Below are positions 17,538 through 27,900 of a DNA stretch of 64,000 bases, piece after piece. The notes under the pieces are model-generated. The model made no database searches. It had not been told where the DNA came from and saw only the letters and a list, made by a program, of their open reading frames with translations. Source of the stretch: an uncultured Eubacteriales bacterium. Lineage in GTDB: Bacteria > Bacillota > Clostridia > Oscillospirales > CAG-272. The stretch spans positions 7,492 to 71,491 of the forward strand of contig CATYXQ010000002.1 of the NCBI GenBank assembly GCA_958414825.1, given 5' to 3'. Numbering within the stretch: position 1 is the first letter of the stretch; each line of letters begins with the position of its first letter. The position numbers and the translations under genes are program-made.

Positions 17538-17906
17538 ATGTCATTGAAAGAATCCGGCGAGATGTATTTGGAATCCATATATGTTTTATGCAGATCACAG
17601 AAAAGCGTTCGCTCGGTTGATATTGCGGCGCATATGGATTTTTCAAAACCGAGCGTCAGCCGCGGCGTCGGAATTTTGAAAAAGCAGGGCTATATAACCG
17701 TGGATAAGGAGGGCTATATTTCCCTCACCGCAAGCGGTAAGGAAGCGGCGGAACGGATTTTTGAGCGCCACACGCTTCTGACGGCCGTATTCAAAGCGAT
17801 CGGCGTTGATGAACAGACCGCCGAGGCCGACGCCTGCCGTATAGAGCATGTAATCAGCGAGGATACGTTCAAAGCCATCAGGGAATTTTACAGCAAAATG
17901 AAATGA
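17538..17906 (+). CDS. DtxR/MntR-family metal-dependent transcriptional repressor
   Basis: ATG 17538 after gggggaga. MSLKESGEMYLESIYVL...VRSVDIAAHMDFSKPSVSRGVGILKKQGYI (winged HTH) followed by a dimerisation/metal-binding region. Divergent from feoAB. Confidence 0.9.
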   Translation: MSLKESGEMYLESIYVLCRSQKSVRSVDIAAHMDFSKPSVSRGVGILKKQGYITVDKEGYISLTASGKEAAERIFERHTLLTAVFKAIGVDEQTAEADACRIEHVISEDTFKAIREFYSKMK

Positions 17907-17911
17907 CCGTT

Positions 17912-17946
17912 TGACCGCCGGAAACCAAAGCTTTCCGGCGGTCATT
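17912..17946 (+). terminator. Terminator-like hairpin after the DtxR-family gene
   Basis: 13-bp stem tgaccgccggaaa / tttccggcggtca (17912-17924 / 17932-17944); weak U tract. Confidence 0.5.
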
Positions 17947-18171
17947 GCGTATGGGGTTCGCAATCGGCTTTTGCAGGGCGTTTTTTTATGATTCGCCGTG
18001 ATTCTTACAAAATACGTTACTAAAGTGAGTTTAATATTACAGTTTACTGACATTTGGAGGAAAAATATTGAAAAAGTGGAAGCACTGCGATAAGATAATA
18101 TCAGAATACGCTCCGTATCGGGCGCTTTTCGGCCTGAAAACGGGATTTTATGATGAAGAGGAGAACGAACC

Positions 18172-21100
18172 ATGAGAAATTTGAACAAATTTCTTGCTCT
18201 CGTGATGGCTGTGCTGATGCTGTTCAGTATGGCGGTGATTCCGATGAGCGCGGCAAATGAAGACGACGCCGATTCGATTTATTATGAAGCGGCGCAGCAG
18301 CTTGCGGCGCTCACGATCATGAAGGGCGATGAGAACGGCAACCTGAATCTGGAAAGCGGTGTGACCCGGTATCAGGCGGCGCTGTTTTTCGTACAGGCTC
18401 TGACCGGCAAAACCGACGTCAAGGTCTGGAACGCAGAGAAAAAGAGCACCATTTTTGCCGATGTTCCGGAATACGGCACGGCTATTGACTATGCGTACAG
18501 CATGAAACTGATCCTTGGCCGCGGCGACGGCAGCTACGGCTATCACGACCCGATTACCTATCAGGATATGCTGGTCATGGCCGTGCGCGCGCTCGGCTAT
18601 GAGGAGGCCGGCATGGCATATCCGAACGGCTATGTCCTCAGAGCGCAGACGCTCGGATTGACCGATAACATCGAGACCGTCAACTTCAAGGGCAACCTGA
18701 CGCGCGGCGAAACGGCGCAGATCATTTGGGATATGCTCAACACGCAGATTGCGTTTATCGACCCGATGACCAATGCCGTTATCCTTCCGGGTCAGGAGGA
18801 TTTTTCTCCTTACGGTATGCTGATAGGACCCGGCAAAATCGAGCGCACGACGCTCCTTGAAAAGGCGGGCTATGCCAACGGCAAGCTTGAGGCGACCATT
18901 CTTTCCTTTAACGAAGCGCGCGACGAGGACGATGTGGATACGGTGGAAATTGAGTACACCTATCTGAAGGACGATTCCCTGTATACCGAATCGCTTGAGG
19001 TTGCGGCGGCTGATCTCGGCGTTACTGCGGACACGCCGAAAATCGAGTATCTCGGCCTGCCGCTGACGCTTTATGTCAACTGCGCGGCGGACGAGTTCGC
19101 TTCCCAGTACAGCATTGACGAGGATGAGCGCGAGGCGTCGGTGGTCTTTACAAACCGTGAGGAACTGAGCGCTGTAGAAAATCTTGGCGACGCGGGCAAT
19201 ATCCGCTATATCGACGACAAAGACGGCTCGGTTCAGCTTGGCGGCGCGAAGTATTCGCTGGATAAATACGATCTTTGCGTCTACACGTTCGACGAGGACG
19301 GCTGGGTTGAAAGCGCAGAGGCGCAGAACGATTTCCTCGACAACTTCCTGTATAAGACCAGGGGCGGATATGAGGACGCGCTGAATTCCTACGGCGCGGT
19401 TCGGTATATCGTTCGCGACGGCGAGAAAGACGAGAATAAGACGCTGCATATTTACTATACGCCGTACGAGTTCGGTCAGTACTTTGTACGCGAACTGCGC
19501 GACAGCGGGACGAGAAAGGATACCGACTTTGTGACCATCGGTACTTACCGCGATACGGCAAAGACCAATCAGGACGATGTTTCCAGTCACTTTGTGGAAA
19601 AACTGCTTGGAACGAACGTGGACGTGACCGCTTCCACCACGTCGGTTACGACCCGGAACGGCGAAAAGGCAAAGACGGTTGAACTCGCGGGCAAAAGCAT
19701 CCGAAGCGGCAACTTCATGTTCTATTTCTATAACAGCGTGGACAACATCCTGAATGTTGTGGAAAACTTCGGCGGCTTTAAGACCGGCCGTCTGACCGGT
19801 ACGAGCGCAAGCAGCCAGACCCTGAAGATCGACGGTACAAATAAGCCGGTCGGCTTCAAGGGCGCGTATATCAGCGATATGCCGGGCTACGACCATTCTT
19901 TGGTCAGCGACATCATTGATCTGCTTGAGTCCGGCAAGGACAATGTGAAATATATTGAAGCAGACGGCCGCGTCGTTTACTATGAGGCGCATTCGACGGC
20001 AAAGGCAGCCTCGAAATTCGACTATGCGATTGTTTCGATTGACGACGAACCGCTTGCAGGACTGCTGAAGCTCTCCAGGAGAGAGTTCAATGATGCGCTC
20101 ACCGAGGACGGTTTGTATATTGACGACGACGGCATAGCCATTGCGGTGCTGGACACCGAGACCGGCAAATGGGAACTCGCGCATCTGCGCTATATGGAAG
20201 CGGGCGCGTATGACGAGGACGACGATTCGTTTGCCGTCAGAGGCGATATGCCCGTTCTGGCCGACTATGCTGAAAATTTCGGCTCGTTCGCGAAGGAAGA
20301 CGATTATGAGACGCTCTATGACGCGCTCACGTCCAGTTCGGTGTTTGTTGTGCGCAGCCATAAAAACGACGTTTATAATCTCGCTGAGTGGAAGCCGACC
20401 GACGACCTTTTGACCTATGGCAGGGGCAGAGACGGTATCGTGTTCTCCACCGCGGCAAACAAGACCAATCTGATCACTGCGGACAACGATGAACCGGAGG
20501 CGCGCGTAACGCTGAACAGCGACACCGTTATTGTCGTTGTTTCCGGAGACCGCGTCGGCGTGCGCGTCGGCAAGCAGAACACGAGCGCGAGCGTTGAGTA
20601 TGCCGGCAAGTTCCTTTCCGCCGATTCGGATCTGATCGTGTTTGTGACCGACAGTGCGACGGCGTTCAATCCGGAAATCTGGGGACAGGCGACCGGGGCG
20701 GATAAGGATGAGGCCTGGTATGTGGCGACGGCCGATACGGACGTCGAGATTGATAACCTGGGCGGCGGTTCCCGCAAGGTTATCGTCACAAACGTACTCA
20801 ATCTGCGCACCATGCGGATGGAAAAGAGCTTGTCCTATACGGTGGAATCCTCTAAGGACGCGCCGGCCGCTCTTGACATTGGCGACGTGATTTATATGAG
20901 TTCAAAGGGCGTCGGCGAGCTTTACACCGACAGCTTGCAGGATGCGTTTGTCGAAGCCGTCAAGGCGAGCGGCGCCGAGGATCGCAAGACCTATACCGAG
21001 CTTGACGTCAGCAAGGTCGAGTTTATCGACGACAGCACAATCTGCATTGACGAGTTGGATCTGGACGGCATCGCGGCGGTCGATGAGATCAACGTAACGG

Positions 21101-21447
21101 TTCTGACGCTGGATCTGACCGGATTTGACAGGGATATTTACGATTACGACAATATGGCGCTGGATATTCCGTTTGACGACGAGGACGATCTCGGATACGA
21201 ACATGCGTTCGGCGGTAAGTATGCGTATACGTTTGAGGGCGATATGATCGAGGAGATTTCGAGTCCGTCCAGCGGCATTCTGGATCAGCTTGTTATCGTG
21301 TCTGACGGCGAGACGATTCTGATTCCGGAATATGACGTGGATGATTTCAGGGGCGCGGAGAAGGCGACTCTGGATCTCACCATGTTAGCCAATGTCAGCA
21401 GCGGCGATGTAACGCTGTATGTTCTGAAAGTGCTTCTGCCCTTTTAA
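18172..21447 (+). CDS. Large cell-surface protein with three N-terminal SLH domains (S-layer-type)
   Basis: Signal peptide MRNLNKFLALVMAVLMLFSMAVIPMSAA. Three SLH-like repeats (AAQQLAALTIMKGDENGNL..RYQAALFFVQAL; TAIDYAYSMKLILGRGDGSYG..YQDMLVMAVRAL; GYVLRAQTLGLTDN..LTRGETAQIIWDML). 1091 aa, acidic. Confidence 0.9.
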   Translation: MRNLNKFLALVMAVLMLFSMAVIPMSAANEDDADSIYYEAAQQLAALTIMKGDENGNLNLESGVTRYQAALFFVQALTGKTDVKVWNAEKKSTIFADVPEYGTAIDYAYSMKLILGRGDGSYGYHDPITYQDMLVMAVRALGYEEAGMAYPNGYVLRAQTLGLTDNIETVNFKGNLTRGETAQIIWDMLNTQIAFIDPMTNAVILPGQEDFSPYGMLIGPGKIERTTLLEKAGYANGKLEATILSFNEARDEDDVDTVEIEYTYLKDDSLYTESLEVAAADLGVTADTPKIEYLGLPLTLYVNCAADEFASQYSIDEDEREASVVFTNREELSAVENLGDAGNIRYIDDKDGSVQLGGAKYSLDKYDLCVYTFDEDGWVESAEAQNDFLDNFLYKTRGGYEDALNSYGAVRYIVRDGEKDENKTLHIYYTPYEFGQYFVRELRDSGTRKDTDFVTIGTYRDTAKTNQDDVSSHFVEKLLGTNVDVTASTTSVTTRNGEKAKTVELAGKSIRSGNFMFYFYNSVDNILNVVENFGGFKTGRLTGTSASSQTLKIDGTNKPVGFKGAYISDMPGYDHSLVSDIIDLLESGKDNVKYIEADGRVVYYEAHSTAKAASKFDYAIVSIDDEPLAGLLKLSRREFNDALTEDGLYIDDDGIAIAVLDTETGKWELAHLRYMEAGAYDEDDDSFAVRGDMPVLADYAENFGSFAKEDDYETLYDALTSSSVFVVRSHKNDVYNLAEWKPTDDLLTYGRGRDGIVFSTAANKTNLITADNDEPEARVTLNSDTVIVVVSGDRVGVRVGKQNTSASVEYAGKFLSADSDLIVFVTDSATAFNPEIWGQATGADKDEAWYVATADTDVEIDNLGGGSRKVIVTNVLNLRTMRMEKSLSYTVESSKDAPAALDIGDVIYMSSKGVGELYTDSLQDAFVEAVKASGAEDRKTYTELDVSKVEFIDDSTICIDELDLDGIAAVDEINVTVLTLDLTGFDRDIYDYDNMALDIPFDDEDDLGYEHAFGGKYAYTFEGDMIEEISSPSSGILDQLVIVSDGETILIPEYDVDDFRGAEKATLDLTMLANVSSGDVTLYVLKVLLPF

Positions 21448-21477
21448 GCGGACGCTTGCGATTTGCTGAATAAACCC

Positions 21478-21519
21478 ACCGGGGATGAATTTTGAATGGG
21501 ATTCATCCCCGGTTTTTTG
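21478..21519 (+). terminator. Intrinsic terminator
   Basis: Stem accggggatgaat / attcatccccggt (21478-21490 / 21501-21513) followed by tttttt. Confidence 0.8.
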
Positions 21520-21778
21520 TCGAGCGCGCGGCGCATTTTGCAGGGCGGCGCGGGATTGTGTAAGGGCTTTCTTTTTAAAAATAGAGTTCCTAAAAATACA
21601 AAAGTTCGGAATTTTCCATTTTAAATAAATCACGGATATGCTAAAATTTTCATAAAAACAGGCCGGTAAGGTGGACAGAATAGACAGAAAAATACATTTT
21701 CAGAACATGTCTCCCCGGCCTGCATGGTTTTTTTGATCCTGTTGAAAAAACAAAAACAGACAGACGGAGGAACTTCTT

Positions 21779-23152
21779 ATGAAAACAATACCGCGTTTTT
21801 TTCTGATCGTGATGCTGACAGCGATGCTTGCCTGCCTTGCCGTACAGGCGGAGGGGGCGGCGGTATACGTCTCTGAAAACGGCAGCGACGCCAATACGGG
21901 CGCCAGCGCCGCAGAGGGGGTCGCCACGCTGACGCGCGCCTGTGAACTTCTCTCGGACGCGGGCGGTACGATCTATATTTCGGGTACGGTCGCGGTTGAT
22001 TCCAATGCGAAAAACGGCGCTGCCAACGTATTTGAAGCGCCGGCGCACAGCGGAAAAATCCGTCTGACCGGCGTGGATGCGTCCGCCACGCTGAAATTCG
22101 GAGACGTGCTGCACTGGTATATGTCGGGCGAGACCGAGATGGACAATCTGCATATCCTGCTTGAGGCAGCCGACAATTATTTGTGGGCGGCAAGACACAA
22201 TCATTTCACGGTCGGCGAAAACGTGCGCATGACCGAGACAGGCAAGGGCGGAATTATTTTGATTGGCGGATGCAATACCGGCGGCGAGATCGAGCACACG
22301 GCGTCGGCTTCGCACCTGACGCTGTGCGACGGCGATTTTTACTTTGTGTATGGCGGAAACCGCAAGGAGGTTTCGGAGGCCTGCTGCGGCGATACGCTGG
22401 TTGAGTTTTTGGGCGATACGTATATCCGGGGCGCGTTTTCTCCCGGTTCGGTCAATCGGGACGTGAAGAACGCGACGGTTATAATAGACGGCATTGTAAC
22501 CACCGGTTCGCACTTTTATTTCGGCGGCTATGATAAAGCCAGTGTGGAAACCGTGAACTTTGTGCTCAAGAGCGGTCAGGTCAACTGCGGCGGTACGTTT
22601 CCGGGCGGCATTGCGCGCGTAACCAACGCAAACGCCTATTATGCGGAGGACGCGGCGGCTTTGCGCTCGGTTTTCGCCGCGTATCTGACCGGTCCTATTG
22701 CCTCCTGTTGCACGGAGATCGGCCATACTGCGGACGCGGACGGTCGATGCCTCGTATGCGGAGCGGAAGTTTCCAAAGCGGCGGTTGAGATTAAAATGAC
22801 GGTTGGCGATCTGAATGGATATGTAAACGGCGCTGTAAAAACGCTGGACGCGGCTCCGGTCATCCGCAAGGACCGCACGATGCTTCCCGTGCGGTTTGTC
22901 GCTGAAAATCTCGGCGCGGCGGTCGCTTGGGACGGCGCGACCGGCACGGCGACGCTCACAAGCGGCGATATTGAGATCAAAATTACGATCGGCGCTGCGG
23001 CGGCGACAGTAAACGGCGAGGAGAAGCCGCTTGACGCGCCCGCGTTTATTGAAAATTCGAGAACCTATCTGCCGGTACGCTTTGTCGCGGAAGCGCTCGG
23101 CGGCACGGTTGCGTGGGACGGCGCGACCGGCACGGCAACGATCACAAAATAA
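21779..23152 (+). CDS. Secreted beta-helix-type protein with two C-terminal copper-amine-oxidase-N-like (stalk) repeats
   Basis: Signal peptide MKTIPRFFLIVMLTAMLACLAVQAEG. N-terminal module AAVYVSENGSDANTG..ATLTRACELLSDAGGTIYISG. C-terminal repeats RTMLPVRFVAENLGAAVAWDGATGTATL and RTYLPVRFVAEALGGTVAWDGATGTATI. Confidence 0.8.
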   Translation: MKTIPRFFLIVMLTAMLACLAVQAEGAAVYVSENGSDANTGASAAEGVATLTRACELLSDAGGTIYISGTVAVDSNAKNGAANVFEAPAHSGKIRLTGVDASATLKFGDVLHWYMSGETEMDNLHILLEAADNYLWAARHNHFTVGENVRMTETGKGGIILIGGCNTGGEIEHTASASHLTLCDGDFYFVYGGNRKEVSEACCGDTLVEFLGDTYIRGAFSPGSVNRDVKNATVIIDGIVTTGSHFYFGGYDKASVETVNFVLKSGQVNCGGTFPGGIARVTNANAYYAEDAAALRSVFAAYLTGPIASCCTEIGHTADADGRCLVCGAEVSKAAVEIKMTVGDLNGYVNGAVKTLDAAPVIRKDRTMLPVRFVAENLGAAVAWDGATGTATLTSGDIEIKITIGAAAATVNGEEKPLDAPAFIENSRTYLPVRFVAEALGGTVAWDGATGTATITK

Positions 23153-23165
23153 AAGCGTTTTGTTA

Positions 23166-23200
23166 AAAAAGGCTCCGGAAAATCCGGAGCCTTTTATCTT
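23166..23200. terminator. Terminator between convergent genes
   Basis: aaaaaaggctccgg aaaa tccggagcc tttt: GC stem flanked by A and T runs. Confidence 0.7.
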
Positions 23201-23366
23201 TAAATTGGGCTTAAGGAGTCGGAGGCACGTATCCGGATTTTTGCCCGGCATACGCGCGCTTAAAGCGGTTTTGGTCTGCGCGGCGGATCCGTTACGCAAA
23301 CGAAATGAATCCCGCACGATTTTTTCAGGAGCGGCAAAACCGTTTTAACGAATAAAGTTTTGTTTT

Positions 23367-24233
23367 TCAGGTCTGCGGATCGTCCGGCGGAACCGTTTTG
23401 GTTTCCGCTTTTTTTTCGGTTTGCCGGCGCTTGGTGATGCGCAGGCCGTCCACAACGCGGCGGCCGCGCCCGCGGCCGGAATATTTGGTATAAAAGAAAC
23501 CGATTATGGAAAAGACGACGGCGCCGACAAAGTTGACAAACAGATCTTTCATCGTATCGTAGAGTCCGATGTCCAGATACCCGCCGACGCCCAAACTCTG
23601 ACCGTTGACCGCCGTGTCCGTGATGTTTTTGATCTGCACGGCGCGGTTTACGTTGTCCGGATTGAGGTAGACCGAGGAAATGTGCGTGACCACCGCGTCC
23701 TTTTGCATGTCGGTCAGGAAGAAATAATCCATGCCGAATTCAAAGAATTCCCAGATCACGCCGATGGTCATGGAAAAACAGAAAGAGGTCAGCGCGACGA
23801 AAAAGGGCGACAAACTCAGCTGAATCCGTTCGCTTTTGTTCAGAATGTCGATCAGCGACAGTCCGGCCGCGGCCGCGAGGAATCCGGTGGTCGTGTGCAG
23901 CATCGTGTCCCAGAATGTGTATTTTACATAATAGTCGTTGATTTCGCCTAAGATTTCGGCGGCAAAAATAAAGAACAGCACAAGAATTTCAAGTGCGGAC
24001 GGCAGTTCGACGCGGAATGTCGTCTGTACAAACGCGGGCAGCAGAAAGAGCAGCAGCGTAAATACGCAAAGCGCGGCGTTTTCATAATTCCCGTTTAAAA
24101 ACTGGAGGACGGCGATTAGAATGACGAGCGCGCGGAGCGTCATATAGACGATAAAGGTGGATTTGTCCTTGTGAAATTCCGCCTGCAGTTCATGATAAAA
24201 GCTGCGAAGCCGACTCTGTTTTTTTGTTTTCAT
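23367..24233 (-). CDS. Polytopic membrane protein, function unknown
   Basis: Tracked ORF 23367-24545 is trimmed to ATG 24233 (MKTKKQSRLRSFYHEL) after aaggag. At least 6 hydrophobic helices. The upstream part of the tracked ORF is AT-rich intergenic sequence. Confidence 0.65.
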   Translation of the reverse strand: MKTKKQSRLRSFYHELQAEFHKDKSTFIVYMTLRALVILIAVLQFLNGNYENAALCVFTLLLFLLPAFVQTTFRVELPSALEILVLFFIFAAEILGEINDYYVKYTFWDTMLHTTTGFLAAAAGLSLIDILNKSERIQLSLSPFFVALTSFCFSMTIGVIWEFFEFGMDYFFLTDMQKDAVVTHISSVYLNPDNVNRAVQIKNITDTAVNGQSLGVGGYLDIGLYDTMKDLFVNFVGAVVFSIIGFFYTKYSGRGRGRRVVDGLRITKRRQTEKKAETKTVPPDDPQT

Positions 24234-24580
24234 AACGGCGCTCCTTTTTTTTGATATGTTCAGTATAACATATTCGGGAAATTTGTCAATAAAAACCAGA
24301 AAAGAAAGGGACGGAAAAACGTCTGCGGCGGCGTCAAGCAGGACGGAAATCTGTCTTTGCGGACGGTTGCCCGACTGTTTGATTTTGTGCAAAACGTAGA
24401 AAAAGAAAAACGCAAAAAAGAATCCGAACTTTACATTTTGTTTACAATTTGTGAAATTCGCCCAAAAAAATGAAATAAAAAGGACGGTTGGGACAAAAAT
24501 TATCGGTTTTGTTAACAAGCTGCACAAAATTTTGTTTTTGTGCATGTTTTATATTTTTGAATACCTGTTTCGCTGTAATC

Positions 24581-24609
24581 TTGACAATATTCCTGATTTA
24601 ACCTATAAT
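24581..24609 (+). promoter_or_regulatory. Consensus sigma-A promoter driving a ~355-nt leader of the giant surface-protein gene
   Basis: Perfect TTGACA (24581-24586), 17-nt spacer, perfect TATAAT (24604-24609). Confidence 0.65.
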
Positions 24610-24780
24610 GAAGATGCAAAATTTTCCCTGGGATTTTTTGTCTGCGCGGCTTCAGGCAGAGAGAGACGCCTGTTTTTTCGGTTAAAGACAAAGAAAACAG
24701 ACTGTCGGTTATCAAAATCAAACGGTTCAATAAGGGCTTTGCCCCGTCATTCGGCGTTTTCAGTGGGAGCTTGTCTGCAC

Positions 24781-24836
24781 GCTGAAAAAATGAAGTGGAA
24801 CCCGCCGCCCTTTGAGGCGGGGGACGTTTTAATTTC
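24781..24836. repeat. Copy A of a 56/57-nt GC-core hairpin element (inverted relative to copy B at 46426-46482)
   Basis: gctgaaaaaatgaagtggaacccgccgccctttgaggcgggggacgttttaatttc. The first 30 nt are identical to the reverse complement of 46426-46482; the rest differs by a few substitutions and one indel. Confidence 0.8.
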
Positions 24837-24971
24837 GTTATATTTATTGTACAAATTGTCTTTGCGTCCGGATTCATCATTCATCCGGTCTCGCGCGTAT
24901 TCATATATATTATATGTTGGAAGAATTGCAGCCGAAAAATTTATATAATTTATATATAAAGGAGAAAAAAT

Positions 24972-27900
24972 ATGCAGAAAAAGATTTTTTGTACTGTGTT
25001 TTCGCTCTGCGCTATGCTTCTGCTGCTCACATTTGCAGCCGGCGCGTATGAGTTTACCACAGTCGAAAAGGACGGGAAAACATGGAGCCAGATTTCCACA
25101 GCGGAAGATTTGGTGAATTTGATGAACGATCCGACCAAATGGGGGTCAAAATCGGCGTTTGTGAACTATGTTCTGACGACCGATATTGATCTGTCTACTT
25201 ATACGGGGCCGCTCAAACAGCATCCGATCGGCAATCAGCCGGACACTGAGAGATTCCGCGGCACGTTTGACGGCGCGGGCTTTGAGATCAGCGGTCTCGA
25301 TATGAGCCGCGAAGGCTTTGTCGGTCTGTTTGGATATGTGGTCAACGCGGAGATCAAAGACCTGACGGTTTCCGGTCAGGTGAGCGCGACCGGGAATTAT
25401 GCCGGCGGTATCGTCGGCGTGTCGTTTGGCAGCGTGACGATTGATAACTGTGTAAACAAGTGCACGGTCAGCGCGCCGAATAGCAATTATGTCGGCGGTA
25501 TCGTCGGTTTTGCCAATCTCAGCGGTCTGCCGTCGGGCACCTACGCTGTTGTGATCCGCGATTCGGTCAACGAGGGGGATGTGATTGGAAAATCCATGGT
25601 CGGCGGTATCGTCGGCCGGTTTGACGCTTCGTCGGTCAACAAAAATCTGTCCGCAACTTTTGAGGGATGCACAAACAACGGCGACGTTGTCGCCGACGCG
25701 CCGGCTGAGCATGTGTATGTCGGCGGAATTATCGGAATCTCAAACGTCGGCACTGAAAAGAAGACTGCCGGGTGCGCGACGCAGATTTCCGGCTGCGTGA
25801 ACAACGGCGCCGTAAGCGGCAATGCGGTAGGAAAGTACTTCGCCTATACGGGCGGCATGGTCGGCTATCTGCGCGCCTGGATTCCGGATTTGCAGACGGT
25901 GACCGAATGCGTCAATAACGGCGATATTACAAGTCCGGCGTATGTCGGCGGCATAACCGGCTACGGCTATGCCGTTGCGGGCGGCCAGACGATTGAAAAA
26001 TGTGTGAACACCGGTACGCTGACGGCTACGGGTACGACGCAGGCGGAAGTTGGCGGTATCGCGGGCATTTCATGGAACACGAGCGTGGATAATTGCCTGA
26101 ACACGGGCGAGGTTGTGGCAAGCGCGAAGAGAGCAGGCGGTCTTATCGGGCGCGTCAACGGCTACGTCTATGCCTATACGGTTTCGGGCAACGTCAACCT
26201 CGGCGCCGTCACGGCTCCGGGCGGTACCGAGTCCGTTGCGGCCATTGTCGGCGACACGGAGGCAGGTATACCGTCCGACGGCATGTCGCCGTCAAAGGGC
26301 ATGTATGCGGAAAACAACTATTATACCGAGGGCGCGGCGGATCCATACGGTACGCAGGTCGATCCTGCGGCAATCGGCAGCCCGGAGCAGTTTGCGGGCT
26401 TGGATAAAGCGGCATGGATTCTGACGGTAGACGGCCCTGAGCTTCGCGCTTTCCATGAGCACGACGGAACTGTCAGAGCGGTTTCGGTCAGCGATACGCA
26501 GCATCAGTGGACATGCAGCTGCTTTGAGTATACCGGCGGCGAGGTAGAAAATCATGCGTTCAATGCAGAAAAGGTCTGCACGGTCTGCGGCTATACGCAG
26601 TCGGCCTGCCCGCACACCACAACGCATAATGTTATTACCGTGACCCCGACCTGTACGGTGGAGGGCAAGGCAAACAAGGTTTGCGATACCTGTAGCCAGA
26701 CGGTACAGATCAACGTTTCCCTGGGGCTGGACGCAAACAACCATAAGGGCAAGGCGCTTACGCTCCGTTACAATGCGGATGAAAACTGCGCCGAGTATGT
26801 CTGCGCGGGCTGCAGCGCGGTCGTATACAAGGATACCGCGCTTGCTGCAGACGTCTATGTAAAGCAGGATGGCATTGTTGTGTCGGGCGACAAAATTCCG
26901 ACCGCTTCAATCGGTACGACCGAGGAGACGGCTTTTGCCGATTTTGCGATGGCGATGGAATATGCCGCGGCGTCGGTAAATTCCGGCAACGAGGATGTAA
27001 CCGTTCATATCGTGGATTCGGCGGCGGTCGGCGCAAACTACGGCACGCCCGAGTTTACCGGCGGCGTGATTACGGTTACGGGCGGCGAGTTGAATTTCAA
27101 CGAGAGACTGAGACGGTTCTTCCTGAACGGCGACGTGACCTTTGAACATATGACCTTTAAGACCAACGCGACCGACGGCATGAGTATCACGGCGCAAAAT
27201 CATGCGCTGGTGCTCGGCGAAGGACTGGTTATGGGCAATGCGGGCACGCTGCCGGGCGTTGACGGCTACGGGTTCCCGGCTATTAACAATGTCAAAATGT
27301 ATGTCGTGGGCGGCTATGAGAACGACGCGCACGAGGGGAAAGAACTGAACACCAACATCACGGTGCGTTCGGGCAACTACTGGTTTGTCGGCGGCTGGAA
27401 CCGCGGAACCGGCAGCACCAACTACGGTACTTCCCATATCACGGTCGGCAAGACCGACCCTGCAGATGAACTGACGATCAATTTCTTCGTACCGTTCTCT
27501 ACCGGTAATCAATATATTTCAGAAGAATCGGCGGCTACCGTCATTGTTGACGGCGACGCCACGATCATGAGACCGTTTGTAGGTACGCAGAACGGAGCGA
27601 CCGCCGACGTCATGTACGTTACAAACTATGTTCTCAAAGGCAATATCAACCCGACTCCCGAAAATCAGGAATTTAACGGCGGACGCGGCATTGATATAAA
27701 CTCGAATACCGCTGCGAAAAAGCAGACGGTAAACGTATATGTGGATATGCGCGTCGATACCGCCGTTGCGGATTCCTATGTGTTCTTCGGCGAACCCGGC
27801 GGCGCGTATACGGCGGATACAACGCTTGAAAATATCGGCGCCATTGTCAACAACTACACCTATGCGCAGTACTGCGAAACTGTGCTGGGCGGACACTTTG

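Noticed and set aside
18148-20361. 737-aa ORF antisense to the SLH surface-protein gene. The same pattern applies to 21650-23317 (-), 28869-30509 (-), 32963-36664 (-), 48383-49546 (-), 52394-53731 (-), 55143-56420 (-), 11228-12091 (-) and 9387-10022 (-).
   Set aside because: Each lies opposite a gene with clear domain motifs. Their translations are Arg/Ala/Gly-rich low-complexity strings with no motifs, as expected for stop-poor antisense frames in GC-rich DNA.
24451-24948. 165-aa plus-strand ORF in the large intergenic region upstream of the giant gene.
   Set aside because: It spans the consensus promoter, the hairpins and AT-rich spacer. The sequence is not protein-like (FFVCAASGRERRLFFRLKTKKTDCRL...) and there is no RBS. 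I treat the region as a 5' UTR.
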